DNA of 63,961 nucleotides, taken from NCBI GenBank assembly GCA_018302765.1, contig JAGVZG010000006.1, positions 1 through 63,961 on the forward strand, read 5' to 3'. How positions within the stretch are numbered: the stretch's first letter is position 1; each line of letters begins with the position of its first letter. Of this stretch, positions 1 to 8,940 are shown piece by piece. The stretch is from Candidatus Woesearchaeota archaeon (GTDB lineage: Archaea > Nanobdellota > Nanobdellia > SCGC-AAA011-G17 > GW2011-AR18). The notes beneath the pieces were generated by a model that saw only the letters and a program-made list of their open reading frames with translations, did no database searches and had not been told where the DNA came from. Made by a program: the position numbers and the translations under genes.

Positions 1-102
1 AAACTTTATGACAGGCATGCTCTAAACTTACCATGCAGAAGCGGATTTAAATTAGAATATATTGCTTCTGCTTCCACAGCTTGCTGTGGGGATAACCCCC
101 GA
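1..102 (-). mobile_element. Probable left end of an IS200/IS605-type element (partial tnpA start MVSLEHACHKV at 34..1, plus subterminal hairpins)
   Basis: Three clustered hairpins: GCAGAAGC/GCTTCTGC 35-42/64-71, CCACAG-CTTG-CTGTGG 74-89 and GGGG-ATAA-CCCC 88-99. A minus-strand ATG at 34 gives a peptide resembling Y1 transposase N-termini. Truncated by the window edge. Confidence 0.35.
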
Positions 103-290
103 CTCTATTTTATAAAAAAATTTTCATAGTTATCACTTTTAATATCTCTACTTAGAGCCTTTTGATAAAATTCTTCAAACCAAAAATATATTTATATATA
201 TTTAATTAGGGAATTCTAACACCAGCACTAGGCTAATTGTCATGTGTAGAATTACCACATATTTAAATAGAAATATATATTTTAAATATT

Positions 291-1016
291 ATGCTTATAG
301 TAAAAAACCTAAAGAAAAAATATAAAGATTTCTTAGCACTTAAAGGAATAAGTTACGAAATAAAAGAAGGAGAAATTTTTGGAATTCTCGGTCCAAATGG
401 TGCTGGAAAATCCACAATGATAAAAATACTAACTTGTTTTCATAAACCCACGTCAGGCACAGTTACAATAAATGATATACCTATTACAAATATAAAAAAA
501 ATAAAACCATTAATTGGGTGGGTGCCACAAGAAGAAACATTTTATCCAAAATTAACAGTAAAAGAAAATCTAGAGTACTTTGCATCTTTATATGAAATAC
601 CTAGAAAAGAATTCAAGCAAAGATCAGAAGAAATACTAAGATTACTGCAAATAGAACACAAAACGCATTCATTAGCAGGTTCTTTATCTGGTGGAATGAA
701 AAGAAGACTAAGCATAGCTATAGCGCTTATACACAATCCAAAAATAATTTACCTTGATGAACCAACAGCAGGAGTTGATCCTGTATCAAGGAGAGCATTA
801 TGGGATATTATTAGAAAAATAAAACAAAAAGGCATTACAATATTATTCTGCACACATTATTTGGATGAAGCAGAATTATTATGTGACAGAATAGCAATTC
901 TCAGAGCTGGCGAGATAATAGCAATAAATACACCTTCAAAATTAAAGAAAGAATACAAAACACTAGAGGAGGCTTTTATAAAACTAGTAGAACATGAAAA
1001 TAATAAAATTAGTTAA
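291..1016 (+). CDS. ABC-2 type transporter ATP-binding protein
   Basis: Walker A GPNGAGKST, signature LSGGMKRR, Walker B IIYLDEPT, H-loop THY. Confidence 0.95.
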   Translation: MLIVKNLKKKYKDFLALKGISYEIKEGEIFGILGPNGAGKSTMIKILTCFHKPTSGTVTINDIPITNIKKIKPLIGWVPQEETFYPKLTVKENLEYFASLYEIPRKEFKQRSEEILRLLQIEHKTHSLAGSLSGGMKRRLSIAIALIHNPKIIYLDEPTAGVDPVSRRALWDIIRKIKQKGITILFCTHYLDEAELLCDRIAILRAGEIIAINTPSKLKKEYKTLEEAFIKLVEHENNKIS

Positions 1017-2628
1017 AAAAGATCTTAAATTATTCAGAAGAGATACAAAAACATTAGCTCTTACAATACTTGCGCCGATATTAATTCTTTTTATACTAGG
1101 AAATATATTTGGACAAACAACTAGCTCTAAGTCAATAACAGGACTAAAACTTGGAATATGCAACTTAGATGAAGAAAACAAAGAAATAGAAATACCATTA
1201 TTTAAAATAGAGTATCTTGGAAAATACTGTGAAGCTGAAGCAAAAGAATTAGTGTTGAATGGCAAACTAAAAGCTTCAATATTAATCCCAAACAACTTTT
1301 CTAGAGATATAAAAGAAGGTTATGGAAGTGAAATAACACTCTATGTAGATAATTCCAAAACACAAACAGCAATTATGGCAAGTGAGTCAATAAAAGCATT
1401 AACACAAAATATAAATGAAAAAATAGGCACAGAATTTATAAAAAATGCATGGAACAAACTAAATGAATTAAATAATAAACTAAAATTTGTAGTAACAGAG
1501 GCATCTGTAGCAAAAGACCAAACAATAATACTACAAGCAAAAATAATAGAATTACAAACAAATCTTAGTAAAATTGATACGAAAAAAATTGAAGAAGAAA
1601 TTGCAATAATTAATCAGACAGTATTAAGTATAACAAATAATACATATAATATAAATTCAGAAATAAATAATGAAACAGAATTATTAAAAGACATTTACAA
1701 TAGTACATGTCCTGGACAAATTGGGCCAGAAAAATGCTTGGCATTGAATAAAACAATAGACAACCTATATTTAATTAATGATAAATTGATTAACAACACT
1801 CAATCAATAAATACAAAATCAATAAATATCAAGCCAATAAATGAAACAAAAAATGCAATAATCAATCAATTACAAGAATTAAATAGTACTTTCTTTAACT
1901 ACACAAACAATTTAATAGGAATAATAGATGAATTAAATAAAACAACACAAGCATTAGATACTTATACATCAAGAGATCCTAAAAATATAGTAAGAGCTGT
2001 AACATTAAATGAAGAAAAAGTATTTGGTGAAAAAACATATTTTGAATTCCTATCTCATGGATTGATATTGGTACTTCTATTATTTACAATAATATTAGTA
2101 TCATCTTCAAATATAGTATATGAAAGAAAGTCAGGAACGCTTGCAAGAACCTTATTAAGCCCTACATCAATTCCTATGTTTTTATTCAGTAAATTAATAT
2201 TTTTCCTTATGATATCAATAATAGAATTAATAGTAATGTTAATAACAATAAGACTATTCGGGATTGCCATACCTATAAATAAACCAATCTTAATAATATT
2301 ACTTATATCTAGTGCAAATTTTATTTTTATTGGATTAATACTTGGTGCAATATCAAATTCAGAAAATACAGCATTATTAAGCTCTTTAGTAATTGCACTC
2401 CCTATGTTTTTCTTAAGTAATTTGTTTTTTCCATTTGAAATCATGCCAAAATTCATGAAAATAATAGGTTCAAATCTTCCATTGACACTAAGTATAGATA
2501 GTCTAGACAAAATAATTACTTACTCTACAGCGCTAGATATTAATTCCATCATAAAATTAACCATAATTACTATAGCAATAGCAATATTAACATACTTAGC
2601 TATAAAGAAAAAACCAATTTCTGAATAA
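994..2628 (+). CDS. ABC-2 type transporter permease with large extracytoplasmic coiled-coil domain
   Basis: N-terminal TM segment, large soluble Asn/Ile-rich helical region, YERKSGTLARTLLSP motif and C-terminal TM bundle; overlaps the ATPase gene. Confidence 0.85.
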   Translation: MKIIKLVKKDLKLFRRDTKTLALTILAPILILFILGNIFGQTTSSKSITGLKLGICNLDEENKEIEIPLFKIEYLGKYCEAEAKELVLNGKLKASILIPNNFSRDIKEGYGSEITLYVDNSKTQTAIMASESIKALTQNINEKIGTEFIKNAWNKLNELNNKLKFVVTEASVAKDQTIILQAKIIELQTNLSKIDTKKIEEEIAIINQTVLSITNNTYNINSEINNETELLKDIYNSTCPGQIGPEKCLALNKTIDNLYLINDKLINNTQSINTKSINIKPINETKNAIINQLQELNSTFFNYTNNLIGIIDELNKTTQALDTYTSRDPKNIVRAVTLNEEKVFGEKTYFEFLSHGLILVLLLFTIILVSSSNIVYERKSGTLARTLLSPTSIPMFLFSKLIFFLMISIIELIVMLITIRLFGIAIPINKPILIILLISSANFIFIGLILGAISNSENTALLSSLVIALPMFFLSNLFFPFEIMPKFMKIIGSNLPLTLSIDSLDKIITYSTALDINSIIKLTIITIAIAILTYLAIKKKPISE

Positions 2629-2701
2629 TTTTCAAAAAATATGAAAATTTTTCAAAAAATTTAAGCTAATGTTTTTTAATAAATAGCAATAAGATAATTA
2701 T

Positions 2702-3706
2702 ATGAAAATATTTTTAATAACTGCCATATTTTTACTATCAATTCAAACTATATATGCGCATGACGTGTGTAATTCTACATTAGAAAACAACACAAATATG
2801 TTACCAGAAGGGTATTGCAGTATTTCATTAGGTTTGCAAACAGACAAAACAGAATATAAAAATCAAGAGAAAATAACAATATATAATATATTAAATGATA
2901 AAAACTACAATTATACAATAGACTATTGGATTGAAGATGAAGAAGGAAATACCATAAAAGAAAAAACCTCAACAACAAATACAAACAACAAACAATACAC
3001 TCCTAAATTAGATCAAGATACAACATTAATTATAAAAAATAATCTGACAAAAATAGACTGTAATAACACAATAAATGATACGCACAATGAAATTAAAGTA
3101 TTGGTAGGCGTAGAAGAAAATAATATACCTAGTATAAAAATAACCAAATTATACCTAAATAGAACAAAAAAGATATCTATAGGCCAAAATCTTACAGCAG
3201 AAATAACTGTATATTCTGGAAACAATACTGAATATGAAGTATATTATCATATAAAGAATATTACAGAAATTCAAAACTACACAATAACAGGGAAATATAA
3301 AAACACAAAATTTAATATAACATTACCAATAAAGTATGACTGTAATATTTCAACAAATAATTATAAATTTACAGTAAATTCTGAAGATTTGGAAGTAGAG
3401 GAAGAAATAGTAATAATAAACAATTGTAAAATAAATACTTCAGAGTCCAAAATAACAGATGAAAATACAACAATAAAACAAGGCCAAAATTTTAATACTT
3501 CCGAAAGTGTTATAAATGTTTTAGGGGGCACAGTTAAAGGAAACTTGGTTTATGAATCTAGTAATGTAAAGGCTAAGAATATTGCTACATACTTATTTAT
3601 GGTGGCTCTGGCTGCAATTACTATGGGAATTATACTAACCAATAAAAATACAGACAAAACAATTAAGGAATCAACTGAAAAATGGTCTTCACAGTTAGAA
3701 CAATAA
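2702..3706 (+). CDS. Secreted, membrane-anchored hypothetical protein (Ig-like beta-rich)
   Basis: Signal peptide, Thr/Asn-rich beta-like segments, C-terminal TM helix. Confidence 0.7.
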   Translation: MKIFLITAIFLLSIQTIYAHDVCNSTLENNTNMLPEGYCSISLGLQTDKTEYKNQEKITIYNILNDKNYNYTIDYWIEDEEGNTIKEKTSTTNTNNKQYTPKLDQDTTLIIKNNLTKIDCNNTINDTHNEIKVLVGVEENNIPSIKITKLYLNRTKKISIGQNLTAEITVYSGNNTEYEVYYHIKNITEIQNYTITGKYKNTKFNITLPIKYDCNISTNNYKFTVNSEDLEVEEEIVIINNCKINTSESKITDENTTIKQGQNFNTSESVINVLGGTVKGNLVYESSNVKAKNIATYLFMVALAAITMGIILTNKNTDKTIKESTEKWSSQLEQ

Positions 3707-4095
3707 TAGAAGTATTGGGATTTCCAGATACACATGTAAAAGAAATTACAGAAAAAGTAGTAGAAAAAATTAAGACAGAAGATAGGATAAGTGTACTAAA
3801 AGAAAAAATACATGATCCAGAAAAAGTTAAAGATAAATTCTTTTCATCTCTTATAGAACTGGAGTTAAAAATTCATGACTTCAGCAAATTACTTGGCTTC
3901 TGTTATGACTACTTGCCATCATCGCTAGAAATTCTTGACACAGAAAAAATAACACTACAAGTAAGAGAATTTCATTTTGCTATGAATGAACTTTTAGAAA
4001 GATTACATCATTATAATTTGGTTGTCAATAACTTATCAGCTAAAATAAGACAACTAGAAAACAAAGAAGACAAGCCTAGCTCTGCCTCATCTTAA
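3682..4095 (+). CDS. Conserved hypothetical protein
   Basis: 137-aa ORF overlapping the upstream gene, with typical codon bias and a C-terminal coiled coil. Confidence 0.7.
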   Translation: MVFTVRTIIEVLGFPDTHVKEITEKVVEKIKTEDRISVLKEKIHDPEKVKDKFFSSLIELELKIHDFSKLLGFCYDYLPSSLEILDTEKITLQVREFHFAMNELLERLHHYNLVVNNLSAKIRQLENKEDKPSSASS

Positions 4096-5407
4096 CTCTT
4101 TCTACAAAACCCTCAAATTCTTCTTTCTTTCTTTTGGTCTTTTTGTATAAATAAAATATTACTAACAAAAATATAATTACAATAATCAATATTACCAACC
4201 AAACAGAAAAACCTTTATCTTCATCACTTGAAACGCTAACATCTTGAGGAACTTCTTTAGTTATGTTAGTTTCATTAACAATACTAATACTATCTTTACC
4301 AGTAGGTAAAGGAATTCCAAAAACACTTACATCTAAAGGTACGTTTAGCTCAACACCTTCATCACTAACAAAATTCAAACTTCCTGAATATCTTCCATTA
4401 AAAAAATCATAGCTGTTGTTTAATCCAAATAAAAAAACAGCACTCTCCTTATCTTCCAAAACATCTATTGAACTAGGCTGAATTTGAAACATACTATTAA
4501 CACTACCACTTAGAATATATCTCAAATTGTGCAAACCAGCTCCAGCACTATTCCTAAGAACAATCTGTCCAGGAGGATAATATTCTTCAACATTTATAGT
4601 AACACTTAAATTACTTATTGGTTTATCAGATAGGGTAGTTAATGTCAAACCGCTATAATTCAACTCCTTAGAAGGAATTGTAACATTGGAAATAGTGGTA
4701 TTTTCAACAATAGGAGTAAAGTCAGTCCTCATAATATTGAAAGGAATTAAATAATTTTTAGAATCATAAATAATTTTTACAACGCCATTAAAAACAGACA
4801 TATTTTTACCAAATAATGAAGTTTTGACATCTACAGTGTTAGAATAACTAGGAGCCAAATTAATTTTATGCACTGGGCCAAAATTAAAGAAGTCTCCTTC
4901 TTTCTGGAAATAAACAGTAATAATGTTTGTCCCACCATTTCTAATAAAAAGTGTAAATGGAGATTCTTGATTAGTTACAACTTTATTAAAAACATATCCA
5001 GGCCTTATACTAAGTATTTGTTTATCTTCGCTTGTAACTTGTAGTTTAGCTAAAAACCTTCCAATTTTAAAAGAGTTTTCTTTTATGTAATTAACATTTG
5101 CAAGCCCAAAATCATAGTTTCCTGCGCTTAAGTTTGGAAGATCAAAGTAAACAACATAAAAACTATTATTTACCTTAACTAGATTTTTAGCAATATTAAT
5201 GCTGCTATTGTCGCTTCTTAAAAAAACAAAGTTAGAAACATCTAAACCTTTGGACAAAGTAATGTTATTTATAATGATATTTGCTTGAACTGTTTCAAAT
5301 GGAGAATAACTGTTTCTATAAAAAGTTATATCTATATCTTCGGCATAAACTATTAAAGGAAATAATAAAAACAATACAAGCATCCCGGGAATTATTTTTG
5401 ATGACAT
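4076..5407 (-). CDS. Type I membrane-anchored surface protein (S-layer/Ig-like)
   Basis: Signal peptide, beta-rich body with many N-x-S/T sequons, TM helix and basic tail. Confidence 0.75.
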   Translation of the reverse strand: MSSKIIPGMLVLFLLFPLIVYAEDIDITFYRNSYSPFETVQANIIINNITLSKGLDVSNFVFLRSDNSSINIAKNLVKVNNSFYVVYFDLPNLSAGNYDFGLANVNYIKENSFKIGRFLAKLQVTSEDKQILSIRPGYVFNKVVTNQESPFTLFIRNGGTNIITVYFQKEGDFFNFGPVHKINLAPSYSNTVDVKTSLFGKNMSVFNGVVKIIYDSKNYLIPFNIMRTDFTPIVENTTISNVTIPSKELNYSGLTLTTLSDKPISNLSVTINVEEYYPPGQIVLRNSAGAGLHNLRYILSGSVNSMFQIQPSSIDVLEDKESAVFLFGLNNSYDFFNGRYSGSLNFVSDEGVELNVPLDVSVFGIPLPTGKDSISIVNETNITKEVPQDVSVSSDEDKGFSVWLVILIIVIIFLLVIFYLYKKTKRKKEEFEGFVERVKMRQS

Positions 5408-7228
5408 CTAACCTTTAAGTAATTTCTCAGCTTCTCTCATAGATCTTTCTAGTTCTTCATCTTCTTTAGACTTAGGTTTCATAGTTGTAAATGGTTTTCC
5501 AGGTTGGGCAGGCCTAACAGGAGACTTAGATTGTGTACGCTGAGGTTGTGCAGTTTGAACTGGTCTAAATTCTGATTGTCTCCTAAAATCCTCGAATGTA
5601 GGACCTTTAGGCTTTTTTTTAAATATATTACTCAAAACAATTTTGCCTGTTTTAATATATTTAACATAAAAAAACAAAACTCCTCCAACTAAAAACAAAA
5701 TAATCAATACCCACAACCACCACAAACTTTTCTTCTCTTCTGTTGGTTCAGTAGCTACTTCCACAGGCTCTTCTTTTTTTCCCTCTTCAACTTTACCTTC
5801 TTCAGGAAGTTGCTCTTCACAAGCAACAGGGCAACTGCCTCCGCAATCTATACTATCTTCATCTCCATCTTTAATATTATTCACACACTGACAAACAGCA
5901 TTATCTAAACATTCAGCTTCAGCACAGTCATCAGCACCATCAGCGTCATCATCTAACCCATTTCCACATACTTCAACATTACTTACAGGAACATCTCCAC
6001 TGCCCAATAATCTAACAGACAATCCTCCGCCATGCAAAGCAATTAAAGCCCAAGAAGTTGATTCTACACTTCCCCCCCAGCTACCATCCTTACCAACTTT
6101 GTCAATCAAATAAGAAATACCTCTAGCCACTGAGTCACTCTTGTCGCTACCAGTTAAGCCAAAACTGGCTATTGCAGTAGAAGTTATATCTCCCCAGCTA
6201 CCGTCAACAGCCTTCTGTAATTTTACTAAATCAGATACAAAAGATGGTCCAGCACTGCCTGCCTTTATTAAAATACGATTTAAAAGACCTAAAGCAATTG
6301 GATCATTTTTTTTGTTTATTGTTTGACTTTCTAAATAAATATGTGTTCCGATATTTTCCAATGATAATTCAGGATCATTATTTATAGCGCCAATTTCTAA
6401 TAAAGCCCAAGTTGCATAAGCAGTGCTGTCATAATTGCAAGAACCAGAAGGCACTTGTGTACCAAAACAAGCATTTGCAACTTTAAACTGCAAATTTGAA
6501 CCAGGATCACTTCTCTGTATAAAAAAAGTATTAACATTTGGTTTATAGATTAATGTCACTATGGGATTAAGAATAGTATCACAACTGACTGAAATAGAAG
6601 GCTGAACTAATGTTTTTAAATTTGGACTCAAGTCATTCAATCCAACATAATATTGCCCTGGAGTAAACCCACCTCTAGGTAACTTGACTTTATCATCTTG
6701 TAAATCAAAAGTTTTATTTGCACCTTTATAAGAAAACTGGCATGAACCATTATTACTGCTACCTGCCTTAATTACAATCCACCAGTCTCCACTGCCTAAT
6801 CCAGGTATTTTTGCATTTTTCAACCAAGCAACTTCCTTAGCAGTATTTTGACCTGCCAAGATTAATGCAAGAGTAGCCAAAGCAGTATCTTTAACCTTAC
6901 AGCCGCCATTAGGCCAACAAAAATTAACACGATCTTCAGAGTCTCTCAAAGCCTCAACAAAACCTTCAGCATTTCCAGGAGGATTTTGCAATAAAGCAAT
7001 TGTAGAAATTGCTCTTTGGTCAACGCCAAAAGTAGCATTCTTAACTTTATTATATAACCATTCATAAGATTTAGCCTGATCATAACCTAGTGGAACTACA
7101 GCGTCTGCAGAAGTAGATGCAGTTCCAGCAACAGAAGCATTATCTTCAGCTGCAAAAACAACAAAAGAATTAATTAATATAATGAAAATTAATAATGTTA
7201 AGAATATAGCTCTATCACCCCTTACCAT
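5408..7228 (-). CDS. Surface protein with prenyltransferase/squalene-cyclase-like alpha-alpha toroid repeats and Cys/Asp-rich repeats
   Basis: Signal peptide; repeats QKAVDGSWGDITSTAIA and KDGSWGGSVESTSWALIAL; EVCGNGLDDDADGADDC and CVNNIKDGDEDSIDCGGSC; TM helix and cytoplasmic tail. Confidence 0.75.
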   Translation of the reverse strand: MVRGDRAIFLTLLIFIILINSFVVFAAEDNASVAGTASTSADAVVPLGYDQAKSYEWLYNKVKNATFGVDQRAISTIALLQNPPGNAEGFVEALRDSEDRVNFCWPNGGCKVKDTALATLALILAGQNTAKEVAWLKNAKIPGLGSGDWWIVIKAGSSNNGSCQFSYKGANKTFDLQDDKVKLPRGGFTPGQYYVGLNDLSPNLKTLVQPSISVSCDTILNPIVTLIYKPNVNTFFIQRSDPGSNLQFKVANACFGTQVPSGSCNYDSTAYATWALLEIGAINNDPELSLENIGTHIYLESQTINKKNDPIALGLLNRILIKAGSAGPSFVSDLVKLQKAVDGSWGDITSTAIASFGLTGSDKSDSVARGISYLIDKVGKDGSWGGSVESTSWALIALHGGGLSVRLLGSGDVPVSNVEVCGNGLDDDADGADDCAEAECLDNAVCQCVNNIKDGDEDSIDCGGSCPVACEEQLPEEGKVEEGKKEEPVEVATEPTEEKKSLWWLWVLIILFLVGGVLFFYVKYIKTGKIVLSNIFKKKPKGPTFEDFRRQSEFRPVQTAQPQRTQSKSPVRPAQPGKPFTTMKPKSKEDEELERSMREAEKLLKG

Positions 7229-7278
7229 GAATTTATTCAGAGGAATTGCTTTATAAATATTTCTGTTTAATTACAAGT

Positions 7279-7767
7279 ATGCTACCAAAAAATTTACTAA
7301 AATATAATCCTAAGCTGTTTGCAAGAGGCAAAAGAGGATTAATTTACACGTTTAAGAAAAATAAAAAAACTATAGCTATAAAAATAAAAAATCCAGAATC
7401 AAAAGCAGAAAACAGAATTCAAAATGAAATAAATTTTTTGAAAATTCTAAATAAACACAAAATAGGTCCAAGAATAATTGAAATTGGAGAAGACTACTTT
7501 TGCTACGAGTTTATTAAAGGAGAAACATTAAAAGATTTTTTAAAGAATAAAAAAAACTACAAGAAAGTTCTAGAAAATATCATGCATCAATGTGAAATAA
7601 TGGATGAACTAAAGATAAATAAAGAAGAAATGCATAAACCACTAAAAAATATAATTATAAAAAATAAAATACCTGTAATAATAGATTTTGAACGCTGTCA
7701 TTTTACATCAAGGCCAAAAAATGTAAATCAATTTAAAGAATTTTTAAGAAGAATTAATTTAGAATAA
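7279..7767 (+). CDS. Small atypical Ser/Thr protein kinase (Bud32/RIO-like fold)
   Basis: ARGKRGLIY Gly-rich loop, AIK lysine, NE helix, KNIII and IIDFERC (DFG-like). ATG at 7279 preferred over TTG at 7246. Confidence 0.7.
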   Translation: MLPKNLLKYNPKLFARGKRGLIYTFKKNKKTIAIKIKNPESKAENRIQNEINFLKILNKHKIGPRIIEIGEDYFCYEFIKGETLKDFLKNKKNYKKVLENIMHQCEIMDELKINKEEMHKPLKNIIIKNKIPVIIDFERCHFTSRPKNVNQFKEFLRRINLE

Positions 7768-7769
7768 AA

Positions 7770-8926
7770 TCACTTAAAAATTTTTGCGCGACGTACCCAC
7801 AACCACGAGATCGAGTACTGAGGATACCTGTAACAGTCCAAGTAGACCCTGCCAGAATCGACACAGAACCTAACGACAGCTGTATCTATTGGATGCCAAT
7901 AATATAAACTGCCATTTGGGATATTAGTTTTAGGAATTCCCCAGGAAGTTGAATTTGACAGCCATCTATTCCAGGAGTTTTGTCTGACATTAAGCAGTCT
8001 TTCAACTCCTCTGAAAATTCTTCTAATTCTCCATCATCTTTAATCTTATGATAAGTAATGTAAATTCCATTTTTTATTTTTGTAAACTTTGCATCAAGCC
8101 ATTCTCCTCTCCAAGGATTTCTGAATTTTAATATTTCATCCAATATAATCTCTTTTTCTTCTTTTGTTAATTTAACTCCATCTGAATACTTTGCATCTTC
8201 AGATTTTAATAAATTTATAAAATCAACAAACTGTCTAATTGTTAGCATAAAACAACCTTCATTGTGTAGTAATTTCTGACACTCATTCCAACTTTTTCCT
8301 AAATAGCTTCTATTTACAGAAACTAAAATATCAGGATAAGAATACCCACTATAAGCTTTTCCAGGGAGTGCAATCCATTTTTCTTCTGGCAGTTCAACAA
8401 GTTCCAAAAGTTCAACTTTTTTAGCAGGGGACAATTCTTTAACAGATTTTACAGGCTTCTCAACTTCAACAACACCACCCAAAGGACTTATTGTAATCTC
8501 ATAATCAATCTTAAAATTCCTTGAAAGAAATTTAAATGTCTCATTGTTTATTAAAGATTCCTGGAAAATCTTCAGCTTCTTTTTATATTTCTTCAAAATA
8601 CTTTCAACAGAAGAGTTTATATCATTCCATTCAAAGCAATTCAATATTTCAGTTCTTATTATTTTCTCTTGATTATCGTCAAGTCTTCTACCTTCAATTT
8701 CATTATTAAGAGAAATATAATTAAGTATACCATTTACTTGTCCAAAAACTAATTGTTGTATGCCATGAAAAACATTACTATATTTTATCTCTAAATTATA
8801 AAAAGGAACAGGAGTATGTTCTCCATTTTCATCTATATGTATTATTGTTATTAATAAGTTAATTTTGTAATTGAGTGCACTGCCTAATTGTTGTTTAACT
8901 AGTTCATTAACATCTTTAATTTTCAT
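7770..8926 (-). pseudogene. DGR target protein (CLec-fold, DPANN AvpA-like), frameshifted at about 7964
   Basis: ORF 8926..7886 carries FMLTIRQFVDF, PWRGEWLDAKF and DKTPGID. A second frame with no start codon continues WLSNSTSWGIPKTNIPNGSLYYWHPIDTAVVRFCVDSGRVYLDCYRYPQYSISWLWVRRAKIFK to TGA at 7772-7770, matching a DPANN DGR target C-terminus. Confidence 0.8.
7788..7880 (-). other. DGR variable region (VR)
   Basis: Hand count over 93 nt: 49 G+C (53%) and only 12 A on the coding strand. Enriched in NNY codons (TAC, GAC, GAT, ATC, TGT) at positions expected to be AAY in a template repeat. Confidence 0.75.
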
Positions 8927-8940
8927 TAAGAACTCTTAAA

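Noticed and set aside
74-102. GGGGATAACCCC resembles a type I-E CRISPR repeat fragment
   Set aside because: Single copy, no spacers and no cas genes; no CRISPR array was seen anywhere in the window.
211-285. AATTCTAACAC/GTGTAGAATT inverted repeat
   Set aside because: Short, AT-rich and single; not enough to call an RNA or operator.
7886-7963. C-terminus GCQIQLPGEFLKLISQMAVYIIGIQ of the 346-aa ORF in the ORF track
   Set aside because: Out-of-frame read-through after the frameshift; the conserved sequence lies in another frame.
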